A stretch of DNA of 64,000 nt from Salpingoeca rosetta. Its lineage: Eukaryota; Protista; Choanoflagellata. The notes under the pieces are model-generated. The model was not told the DNA's origin. It worked only from the letters and a program-made list of their open reading frames with translations, and made no database searches. The translations under genes and the position numbers were made by a program. Position 1 is the first letter of the stretch. Each line of letters starts with the position of its first letter. Positions 46,006-64,000 of this stretch are shown here, in pieces. The DNA is taken from the NCBI GenBank assembly GCA_033442325.1, contig JAWQFM010000013.1:646642-710641 (forward strand), given 5' to 3'.

Positions 46006-46237
46006 TCACTGCTGCTTTGTGATCCGTGTGATCTGCCTGGTCGCGGCACGACCAAAGACAGCAAGGCGTGCCATGATCAAAGCGCCGACCAGCAGGAACA
46101 CCAGCACCGTCACCGTGGCTCCGCTCTCAAACATCAGCCTGAGGTGCACACGCATGCATGCATTGAGATGTTATGTCAGCTACAGTGGTTGCTGATGTGC
46201 TCGACCGCCACACTGCACACACACACGCACACACACA

Positions 46238-46289
<52 letters not shown>

Positions 46290-46619
46290 AAAGCAAGCAA
46301 AGCAAAGGAGAAGTTGCGCGTGTGTATGTATGCGCATGTAGGCGACCTTGGCGCGAAGATCTTCCAGACCATGAGGTGCCGGCGGAGAACAAGTGCAGCC
46401 GCCATCGCTCCCGCCAGCCGCACGATGGACAGACCGGCAAACACGTGGCTCGCAGCAACAAACCGGCTGCCCATCGCATCATCGTGGCGGGATGAGTGGC
46501 GTGAGGAATTGAGGAGACGGTGGAGTGCGCCAATGTCGGTGTGGTTCAACGAGAAAAGGCCATAAGAGACCCAGTGGGATCGAAAAGACACCGCAAACAC
46601 ACACACACAGTCTCTCTCT

Positions 46620-46672
<53 letters not shown>

Positions 46673-46989
46673 TCTCTCTCTCTCTCTCACTCACTCACTC
46701 ACTCACTCTCTCCCTCTCTTTCTCTCTCTCTCACTCTCTCCACTCCATCCCCTACCGCTGCGTGTGCTTGAGCTGTGAAGTGAAGAGCCAGTAGTCGCCC
46801 TCAACGCCACTCCATCGTCCCGTCGCTTGCAGCAGCGACCGCGGCTGACCAACGATGCGAGGGTGGGAGCAGGGCATGGAGGTGAGCATACATGTTGATT
46901 GTGTGTGTGTGTGACGCAAGGCAGAAAAAGCAAGGGTAAAGTGAGACGAACGCACGTAGAAGCGGCAATCCATCAACCCGTTCCACACA

Positions 46990-47027
<38 letters not shown>

Positions 47028-48684
47028 ATTGCCATCTGCACGGCTGTGATGAGGAGAGGAAGACAGAGGGCGAAGACAATGGCGCTTGTGAACGTCGCAG
47101 TCCACACAAACGCGCCAGAAATGCCCATGTGCACCTCCTGTCGGTTGGAGATTGGAGATTGAGTTGGGAGGGGATGTGGTGAGCATGAACAGGTGGCGGA
47201 TTCATGGGGAGGACGTACATTTGTAAGCAAGACAAATACAACAACTACGAGCAGGCAAGACATACACAACCAAGCGAGCAAGTAAAAAAGCAACACAGAC
47301 CGCACCGTGAGCCCGACGAGCCCACTTGTCCACCTGACCGTCGGCAGCGTGGCCTGGTGGCCGGTGAAGTAGAAGTAGACGACAGTGAGGAGAAACCACA
47401 CGCACACATCCGCAGCGCGCGGTGATGTCAGTGGCGATGGCGAAGAGGAGGAGGATGAGGACGAGGGTGGAGGGGGCATATCTGTTGGGGCTGGAGGAGG
47501 AGGTGGAATGTGGATGTGAACGTGAGCACAGGTTGTACGCGTGGTTGCAAGCATTCAATAGCAAGTTGAACAGTAATAAAAACAACAGTGAGGTGAGCAG
47601 TAACAAGTGAAGACAACGACACCAACTGCACATGTGTCTGCACCTTCAGGAGTGGACGGGATCAGGACGGCGTTTCGCCTCAAGCGGTCAACAGCGACCT
47701 TGTACTTCGGTTGCCTGCACACATGGTGACGATGGGTGGATGGAGGGTGTTGGTGGTGGATGGAGGGTGCACAATATTGAAGATCTGATCAACAGGCAAA
47801 CCTAGCGTTGTGTGCGTGTGTGTGTGTGTGATGTGTGCGTATGTGTGTGTGATGTGTGCGTATGCGTGTGTGTGTGTGATGTGTGCGTATGTGTGTGTTT
47901 GTGTACGTGTGTTGCTTCTGACCGTGTCGACTGCGCCTGGGCCGCGGTAACACGCCTACGACGTGACGCAAACACATGTGCGTGGGGGCAATCGTACATG
48001 TGAGCCGGAGAAGCGAATGGGTGTAGGGGCGAGTGTGCCGTGTAAAAACAAAAGGAAGAAAGCAATCACACACACACACACACACATACACACACACACA
48101 CACACACAAACCAACAAACAAGCACACAGGGGACTGCGCAACTGACGCGAATTCCTCCTCGGCGATGAGCCAGAGATACGCCGCCGCCGCCGCCAGCATG
48201 AGCGCGAGGCCAAGCACAAACCGCGCCTCGACCAGCACCATCGCCGCGTCAACAACGGCAGCGCCAACGACAGCCACCACCGCCGTCGAGCGAGACGGAA
48301 GCCCGTGCACCCACACCTCCCGGCCTGTAGCAGTTGGGCCAAGGCAGGGTGGTGGTGATGTGTGTGTGTGTGTATGTGTGTGTGTGTGTGGATGTGCGTG
48401 TGCGTGCGTGTGTGTGTGTGTGTGTATCAGAAGGTTTAGTGATGGGCGCTTGAGCAAGACTTTGCAGCCACCACAACTAACACGACCACCATCCGCACAA
48501 CAACCACCACCATCGCCATTACCGCCTTGGTTGTCGCGCTTGTCCTGGATCGCCGTCATCGATCCCCGCGTGAGGCACCAGCACACTGAGGGGGAGGGAA
48601 GGGACAGGAACACATGGGCAGGGGAGGTGAGAACCCAATCCCAATGATCAATCAAACATGGCAGTCAAAGCACACACAAACACA

Positions 48685-48726
<42 letters not shown>

Positions 48727-49708
48727 GACACACACACACACACACACAAGACACAAGCGCACACGCCCATCTGAGCTCGGTCCTCCTGCCATACACCGCC
48801 CGCTCCGCTTCACCTGTTGCTGTCGTAATGGCGAGGACGATGCGCGGCCAGAGCACACGCACGCCCGGCTCAAACAGCCACGGCACTCGCGCTGTAAGCA
48901 GATGCGACGGCGATGGTGACGAAGAGAGGAAGGAGGAGGTGGGGGTGTCTGGCTGGGAGCGCGATTGTCCAAGCAAGAACTCGCTGGCCCACTCCATTCC
49001 CATGCACAGCACCATGGGCGCAAAGAGCAGCCGGTACCGCACCCACGCCACGCCTGAGGATGGTTGTTTGAGTGGTGGATGGGGGGGGGGTTGAAGTGGG
49101 CAGAGAGGAGGGTAGTGGAGAGGGGAGGAGAGACGCAAGCTGACAAGAAAACACACACACACACATACGCATCCAATCTGACAAGCAAAATAAAAGGGGT
49201 GATTGCGCGTACCATGCAAGTTTTCGTGTGCTTTGAGCCACCACCACACGAGGGAATGGACGGCGACAACAACGAGCACGGCCAAGTTGCTCGGTCCAAA
49301 TGACACCTCCCACTCTGCACTGAAGAGCGGCGCACACTCCTCTTGCTCCTCCCGGCACACCCTGCGCATTTGATTTGGCAATTGGGGGAGGGGGGTGGGA
49401 GGGGTTCGAACCATGGGTGAGGTGTAAGTGGACATGTTCAAGGACAGTAAGTATGTATGTATGTATGTATGTGTGTGTATGTGTGTGTGTATGTGTGTGT
49501 ATGTGTGTGTGTGTGCGTTGGTTTGCACATGCGTGCTTGCATGTGTCCTTGTGCACTGTCTGGTGTCAAATCGCACCGCATGACGTGAGAGAGGCGAATA
49601 GCGGCGCAGCACACGACCGCAGCAGTCACGATCGGAATCACATTCGTGTTGAACCCTGCCACGCACAAGGGAGTGTGTGTGAGTGTGTGAGTGTGTGAGT
49701 GTGTGAGT

Positions 49709-49739
<31 letters not shown>

Positions 49740-50425
49740 CGTGTGTGTGTGTGTTTGTTTGTTTGTTTGTTTGTTTGTTTGTTTGTTTGTGTGTGTGTGT
49801 GTGTGTATGTGTGTGTGCGTGTGAGTGTGAGTGAGTGTGTTTGCACGTGAGTGGGTACTGTGCTTTTCAAACACAAAGACCGAACCAAGCCACGGCTGGG
49901 TGCTTGGTGCAAACGTACGCAAAGCCTGCAGTGCTCTGAGAGCAATGAGAAGAACGGCGAGAGCGGGTGTGACGCGATCGTCATAGACAACGAAACTGTT
50001 GGAGAACGAGGCCATCGAGTGCAGCCCCTGTGTATGTGTGTGGACATGTGTGGATGAGTGGGTGCGGTTGGTGCGTGCGAGTAGGACCACGTTGTTGTGA
50101 GCAAAAGGTTGGGTGATTGCAAGCAGCCAACAGAAGCACGGCACTCACAAAAACACACACTTAACACACACATACACACGCACATACACACACATGCACA
50201 AGCAGATCGCTCAATAACCCTCCTGTGTCCTCACCATGGCCATGAGGAAGACTGCCTGCCAGGGATCGAGCGATGTGAGCAGTTTCCTCTTCACAGCTGC
50301 CCGCACATGTGTCCACGCCATCACGGGCACACACGCGCTCGCAGCAGCACCTGTTGGGAAGTGTTGCGTTGAATGAAAGTGAGCGAGAGTACAGCTGCTG
50401 TGTGAGCGCGGACGGTTGCACACAG

Positions 50426-50517
<92 letters not shown>

Positions 50518-52359
50518 ACCGATGATGAGGACGGGGAGGGAGAGGTTGAAAGCGTCGGCGACACCAAACACGACGTCTGCAGCGAATGCAGCGAGACCCG
50601 AGACCTGATGGCACGCCATGGAGGGGTGAGTGTATGGTGGAGCATGAATGCATGGTAGGGTGATGAGCAGAAGCTGGTGTGCTCAAAGGATTTTAACAAG
50701 CCAAACACACGAGCACACCGAGAACGAGAGAGAGTGTGTGTGTGAGTGAGTGACACACACACACACACACAAATACATAAATACACAAACACACACAGAC
50801 ACACACACACACACACTCACACACGCAGGCACACAGACACAGACACACACACGACACACGACACACGTGTGCTGCTGACCAGGAAAGCGATGGTCGCTGG
50901 GACGAGAGAAGCGCCGTTGCCTGCGCTGCCATTGACAGCAGTGACGGATGCGACAATGGCCGGGTCCGCCAGCACCGCCGTCGAGAGCACAGCAGCAGCG
51001 AGCAGCACCTGCAGCGCCACGGCAGCAGTCATGGCCGCTGGGGTGGTGGTACAGAAGGGCGTGTGTTGTGCATGCATGTGGGATGTGAATGTCGATGTGG
51101 ATGTGCGGGTGTTGATGCGTGCGTACGCACACGTGCAGAAATGTCGACTCGGGAACCAGCCCCAACAACGCAAACACACCACCGCTTCTTCTTCTTCTTC
51201 CCCACGCTTGCCCCACGCCCTTGTGCACATGTGCGTGTGTGCGTGTGCGTGTGCGTGCGTACGTGTGTTGAACTGGGTCCAAGCCCGGCGGCATGCGGCC
51301 TGGACAGCAGCGGTGTATTGCCGGTAGCGCTGGATTGCATTCACCCGGTGCTGCGCCTTGGGATGGCGATGGCGGTGATGGTGGTGATGGTGTGAGCAAG
51401 GCCATGAACTGGTCCGAACAAGTGAGGGCACACACAGACAGGCAGACACACACACATACACAAACACACAACACACACACACACGAACACACATGCACAC
51501 ACACACAAACACACACAAACACACACACACACACACAAGACACACAACGCAAGCATGGTGATGGATCATGGGTGTGCGGTGCTCACGGCGTGGTGGGCGG
51601 ATGTGTTTGAGCGGAGGGACATGGCGAAATCCTCATCGCCACTGGACAGCAGCGCAGACAACGCAGTGCCGTCCCCGACTGCACCGACACGCGCGGAGGG
51701 AAGGGATGGGGGATTGGGGATGAGGGATGAGGGTTGGGGAGGAGGCGTGGGGTGAGCAGTGGTGTTGGGCACGTGACAAGACAAGAGAGTTTGAAGACGA
51801 GTGTGAGAAAACATGGGTAAGAGTACTGCGTAAACACACACGCGCGCACAAAGACACATACACACACAAGTACATGGGCTCACACACAAGTGTATGCACA
51901 CACACACACACACAAGTACATGCACACACGCGCATGCAAGTGCGTGTGCTCACTGTTAAAGTCGGGGTGCTGGTTGATGTACGTGTCGAGGAACATGCGG
52001 ATTTGATGGGCGTTTACGCGCGTCGCCTCAACAACAGGAAGCAGCGCAGCAGCCCACGCAACATCGTCACCATCACCACGATGGTCATTGTCGTCATCAC
52101 GGGTGGTACTCCGGCTGCTGTTGAGGTTGTCACTAGCTGCTGCCACATCTACGCTGCTCTCCATGCGTGCAGCGGTGTGCCTGTCGTTGTCATCGTCGTT
52201 GTCGTTTGTGTCATCGGGAGTACCATCACCACCACCAGCCATGAACACCTCTGGCACCACAGCGCCGAGAGAGCCGTGGGGGATTGGGTACCCAAGCAGC
52301 AGCGGCAGCGTTGCCGCCAAGTCAATCTGGTCCACGCTCCGGGGCCAATGTGATGATGA

Positions 52360-52445
<86 letters not shown>

Positions 52446-53367
52446 GCGGTGGTGGTGGCGGTGGCGGTGGTGTTGGTGGTGTGGTCAGGTGCTGGCTGAG
52501 GCGACGGCTGTGCACGGCTGATGTGAGCGGCTGCGATTTGCTGTGAAGAAACAGCGCGGCGTCCAGCTCACTGCAGTCCCACCGACGCACGAACATGGGC
52601 ATGTGGATGAGGAGGAAGGGATGGTGCGTGCATGGGAATGTGAGTGAAAACAAGCGCATGAAATGAAGCAAACGCACGACGACACAAGCACGCACAAGCA
52701 CGCACGCACATGCAATCAGCAACCTGTCCAGGCGATATCAGCGCCACCACATTCTATTCCACCAACCAACCATCCAACGAACCAACCATCCAACCAACCA
52801 TCCAACCAACCATCCAACCAACCATCCAACCAACCAACCATCTCATCCATTACCTATCGCTGTCACCGCCGTGGTCTCCATCGTGCGTCATGCCGTGGTC
52901 CCCCATCACGACGAGCAGCGTGTCGTCGTCCATCGCCGCTGCAATCAAACGCACCACCGCATCCACTTCCCGCAGTTTCGACGCCATGGCAGGGTGGCTG
53001 GGGCCGTACCTGGCCCGCGTGAGTGAGTGTGTGTGTGTGTATGTGTGAGTATGTGTGTGTGTGTGGGTGTGTTATTGTGTATTGTTTGTGTGTGTCGAGT
53101 CTTGGTTCACGGCATTGTTTGCAAGTGCACTGCGCGACAGCACACCACCACTCATCCATGACATCTGTACCACCGCACCTGTGGCCGCAGTGGTCAACAC
53201 CGAGCATGTGTGCGACGACGAGCGTGTGGTTCTGCCGCATCAGCTCATGCACGTGCCGTTTCACGCCGTTGTCGACCGTGTCCAGATCACGCACGTTGAA
53301 CGACGGATATGGATGCGCAACTGTAAACGCATTCGGGAACAGATCCTGCGGTTTCGTGCGTTCATGC

Positions 53368-53443
<76 letters not shown>

Positions 53444-55028
53444 GGCGTCAGATGGCAGCATGACAGGGGTGATTAAAGGCAAGGTGCAGTCGCGTCACTT
53501 CACGCACGACACATTCGAACCACTGAGCACACGTGCGCGCGACTGTGGAAGCAGACGCTGCTTCAAGTGCAAACTGCCAGTGTGCCAGGCGCTGCTCACC
53601 ATCCACGTGTCATCGCCAACAAAGCCCGTGGTTGTGGTGTTGCGGTTGGCAATCTGTTGCACGAAATTGTCCTCCACAATCTCCGACGAGGTGAAGCTGC
53701 TGCTTCCACATGCGCGTACATGTGTGTGTGTGTGTGTGTGCGTACGTGTGTGTGTGTGCGTACGTGTGTGCGTGTGCGTACGTGTGTGCGTGCGTGTATG
53801 TGATTGTGCGTGAGCTAATGCGAGTGAGAGGACACACGCGCGCGCGTGTGTGTGCATGATCGATTCAGGTTGCTCCGGCAAGCAGATATTCATTGTCCGC
53901 ATTGAGCAAGGCGTGCACGTGTTCAACGTTTGCCAAGCGCACCTGCCAATGTCAAGGAAGGTGGGCAGGGACCCTGTTGTGATTCCTTTCAGCCGCTGCA
54001 TGGTTGTGGTTGGCGCATCAGCTCGAAACCGAAACAGCAGGCTGTGGTTCGGCTGCTCTTTGACCAACCTTATCATGCATATGCATGTCCATACGTGCGT
54101 GAATGGGAGAACACGCCAATGCACGCCAGTGCACGCCAATACGAGGGATACCAAACAACGCACAGACACACACACACACAGACACACACACACACACACA
54201 CAAAACCCCCCCCCGCATGCATGTACACACGTACACACACACACACACACGCAAACCAACATGTGAAGCCCGTTGTTCGGTCACAAGGTGTACAAGACGT
54301 ACTCATCGAAGATGGTGATTTGGTTGGTGTAGGGTGTGTCCTTGTCAGGGACTGCAGTTGCAAAGTCGAAGCGGAGAGCATCCACCACCAGCACGACGGC
54401 TCGCTGGAACCTGGTTTAGTTGCATTCACATGAAGTGAAAAGCAACGCGTCCGCGGGTGTGTGTGGGCATGTGTGCGTGGACATGCGTGAGTATGTATGT
54501 GTGTGTCTGTGTGTGTGTGTGTGTGTGCGTATGTGTCAGCAAGTGAGTGAGTGTGTGGGTGATGGAGGGTTTGTGCACTCCAACCATATCTGACATACCG
54601 TGGTGGCTTGGAGAGCCAGCATGACCGCTGTTCACCTGGTTGACATGAAACACGAACCAAGGAATTCACGCCAAATGGTGTGAGGTGAAACTCCCCAAAT
54701 ACCAAGTGTGTCTGTCCACCACTTCATAATCCCGTGCTGTCACCTTGACTGACCAGGCCGCGCGCATGATGCTCACTGACCATATACCATCCCACAATCA
54801 CACAATCACGCACTCACATGTTCACTGACACGGCATGCGCGTACCCGTCGTGTGATTTGCAGAGGTTCCGGTCAGTGGGTGATTGCTGCAAGTGGAGATG
54901 GTGTCTGGGGAGTGCCGGTGCAGCAGGAATCCAGAGAGGAAGAGCCCAAGCACACACGCTTGCAGCACCAGCACCAGTGCCAGCCTCAACCAGCCCCACG
55001 ACAATGTCAGCGAGCGTGACCCAGCCAT
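46006..55028 (-). CDS. PIGO: GPI ethanolamine phosphate transferase 3 (PIG-O/Gpi13), multi-exon
   Basis: [85 protein letters not shown]...[18 protein letters not shown] and [13 protein letters not shown]. Confidence 0.93.
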
Positions 55029-55196
55029 TGTAACGTTTCTTCTTGCTTGTCGCGCCTTGCTTGGCTCAGCAGCTTCCGCTTCAGTGCAGAAAATCTATTG
55101 AAAATACGACCATTCTTCCCAACTTGAACCCGCTGACGCAGCAGTTCGTGGCGACACTGAACACCGCAGCCAACCAGAAGCAACAACACAACCACG

Positions 55197-61404
<6,208 letters not shown>

Positions 61405-61555
61405 CGTGCCGAAAAGTACGGCAAAACATACACAAATCTTCAGGAAGCGCAGTGCACGAAGAAGGGAGGAAAGAAGGGACGAAGGAGCCATCACTCTGCT
61501 TCGCTCATTCACATCACACACAAACAAACAAACACAAGCACGGACACGCAGCAAG

Positions 61556-62621
61556 ATGAGCGGAGCCATCAACGACCCCAACCTCAGCTATGAGGAGACT
61601 GTTGACGCAGGTAAGGTGTACAGGGGGGTTGTGTGTGTGGGGGGGAGACTCTTTCTCTCTCTCTCTCTCTGGTGTTTGCTTTGGGACGACGCTCACGATG
61701 ATGGTTTGGTGTGTGTTCTTGGTGTTCTGTTGACAGAGCTGCGGCAAGCGTACAAGGTATGCAAGTGAGGTGCTTAGCGTGTGTGTTTGATGCTGGACAG
61801 CAAATTGCGAGATGCTCATTGCTATCCGAATTGCTCTCTCTCTCTCTCTCTCTATCTCTGTGCGTGGTGTGCAGGACTTTGAGCAGATGGAGGCCGGCAA
61901 CACGACGGGCTGGGAGTACATGTTTGACGTGGAAGGTGCGCCAGAACGAGTTGGCGAAGACCATGAGCATGAGAAGGGGGTTTCTTGCGTGGTGTTTTGT
62001 GTAGTTTGGTTCTCACTTGATTTGGTTTGGGCATGCTGGGTGGACGCGTTTGGCCAGACTGGAAGCTGTATCGACGCAGGAAGGAAGGATCTCACCTGTA
62101 TGAATACATGGTGTGTTATGTGAGAGATAGTGCGTGTGTGAGTGTGAGCGTGAGCGTGTGTGTGTGTGTTGGGGGGGTGCATTCGCTGCTTTGATGTGAA
62201 AGGTTTGCTTGAGCTGTCTCAGCACATTGCTCACTGTCACTAACTCTCTGCATGTTTACTCCAAATGGGCAGACGTTTGGGCATGGCCGAGACATGGAGA
62301 TGCAGCTCATGTATCAGGTGTATATGGACCTCGATTACACGAAGATCTGGCACGCTTACTGCCGAGGTGAGAGAGAGAGAGAGAGTGTGTGTGTGTGTGT
62401 GTATGTGTGTGTGTGTCTGTGTCTGTGTTTGGAAGGGGGTTTCTGTTGGCAAAGGAGACACCGGTGCTGATTTCTCATAATGGTGTCGTGCATTTCGGTT
62501 TCTTGCTTGAGCAGATGTGATTTCATACGAGGCAGAGTTTGAAGGCGAGGCGCAGCTGTTTGTCGTCAAGTGCCCCTTCCCACTGGTCAGTGAGATTGAG
62601 TGCTTGCGTGTGTGTGCGTGC

Positions 62622-62669
<48 letters not shown>

Positions 62670-63036
62670 TGGTCTTGGGGGCCTCCATTCGCTGATTTGC
62701 TGCGTTGTGGCTGCACTGCAGGCTGATCGCGAGTATGCGTTTGTTCGCCACGCGCGCCAAATGAAGCGCAATGGTGCGTGTGCATGTGAGTGTGAGTGTG
62801 TGTGCATGTGTGTGTGTGTGTGTTGTGTGTGTGTGAGTTGAGTGTGTCAATGAGCGTGTGTATACGATGCTCGCTTCATCGCTGAACTGTATTGCTCAGC
62901 ACCATCCTCACCACACACCTGCTCGTGCCTTTAGGCCGCCGCATGTACTTGATTCTGAGCCACACCGCCCGCGACTGCCTCACCAATCCGCCAAAGACAG
63001 AGAGGGGCATCGTGAGGTAGGGACGCGCTTCTTGCG

Positions 63037-63109
<73 letters not shown>

Positions 63110-63413
63110 CGAACGTTGAGGGAGCTGCGATTGACGTTTTTTTTTTTTTTTCAATGCACGGCCTTGATTGCCGCCACATCCACCGCCACTGACAACAACG
63201 GCGCATGTGTGTATGTATGTATGTATGTATGTATGTATGTATGTATGTATGTATGTATGTATGTATGTATGTATGTATGTATGTATGTATGTATGTATGT
63301 GTGTGTGTGATGTTTTGGCAGGATTCCCGAGCACCGGCAGGTGATTGTCATGGAGGAAAATCCGTCCGATCCGCAGCGCCCGCTCATCTTCATGTAGTGA
63401 GTGCTGCTGCGGG

Positions 63414-63450
<37 letters not shown>

Positions 63451-63571
63451 GGTGACGTCGCTCATAGCATAGTTGTGTGTCGTGCATGCATATGCAGCTA
63501 CTTTGATGATCCTGGCGGCAGCATTCCAAGGTGAGGAAGAGAGATGCATTGGCATATATGTGTGTGTTGTG

Positions 63572-63607
<36 letters not shown>

Positions 63608-63900
63608 GTGCGTTGTGCTGTGTCTGTGCAATGTATGTGCAATGCACCGTTTTTGCGTGCTGTGAACTGTGCCCTCACTTTGTTGACGCGTTGCCCCCTC
63701 TCCCACCCCCGTGTCCAACATCACTTGATCGCTGCAGCTGGCTCGTGAACTGGGTTGCCAAGACGGCGGCGCCGAAATATCTCTCCGGTCTCCGCACGGC
63801 CATGCGCGGCTACCACACGTGGAGGTGCGCAGCAGCAGTAAATCGGGGGTGGGGGGAGTGTTGTGTTGTTGTTTGGTGGAAGAAGAGATGGAAAGAGACC

Positions 63901-63992
<92 letters not shown>

Positions 63993-64000
63993 GTCGTCGT
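61556..64000 (+). CDS. START-domain lipid transfer protein (PCTP/StARD2/StARD7-like), runs off the window end
   Basis: VYMDLDYTKIW, VKCPFPL-ADREYAFVR, YFDDPGGSIP and WLVNWVAK. Confidence 0.88.
63210..63300. repeat. (TATG)n intronic microsatellite
   Basis: Seen directly. Confidence 0.95.

Overview
Intron-rich, GC-rich eukaryotic DNA whose introns are full of (GT)n/(CA)n microsatellites, with two 100-N scaffold gaps. The style suggests a choanoflagellate such as Salpingoeca rosetta (inference from composition and gene content, not a search). About 15 genes can be rebuilt by hand from splice sites and motifs: a multi-PDZ scaffold with a neurabin/spinophilin-type PP1 motif, a SIRT6/7-class sirtuin, a JMJD8-like JmjC protein, a membrane RING E3 ligase, an AIP-like FKBP-TPR protein, a bacterial-type aspartate aminotransferase, an intronless TrmA-type methyltransferase, a SAMD9/Avs9-like protein, a TTBK-like kinase, a degenerate CysRS paralogue, C4orf33/UPF0462, PIG-O, an MFS transporter (truncated), PEX6 (truncated) and a PCTP-like START protein running off the end. 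Most ORFs in the supplied track are microsatellite artefacts. Main highlights: (1) a ~570-nt non-repetitive, non-coding insert (994-1566) inside a CA tract that folds almost end to end into nested helices on the + strand, a candidate large structured RNA of no family I recognise; (2) a SAMD9-like immune NTPase in a probable unicellular holozoan; (3) a CysRS pseudo-enzyme lacking the recognisable catalytic motifs; (4) a phase-perfect exon lying inverted between (GT)n and (CA)n tracts.
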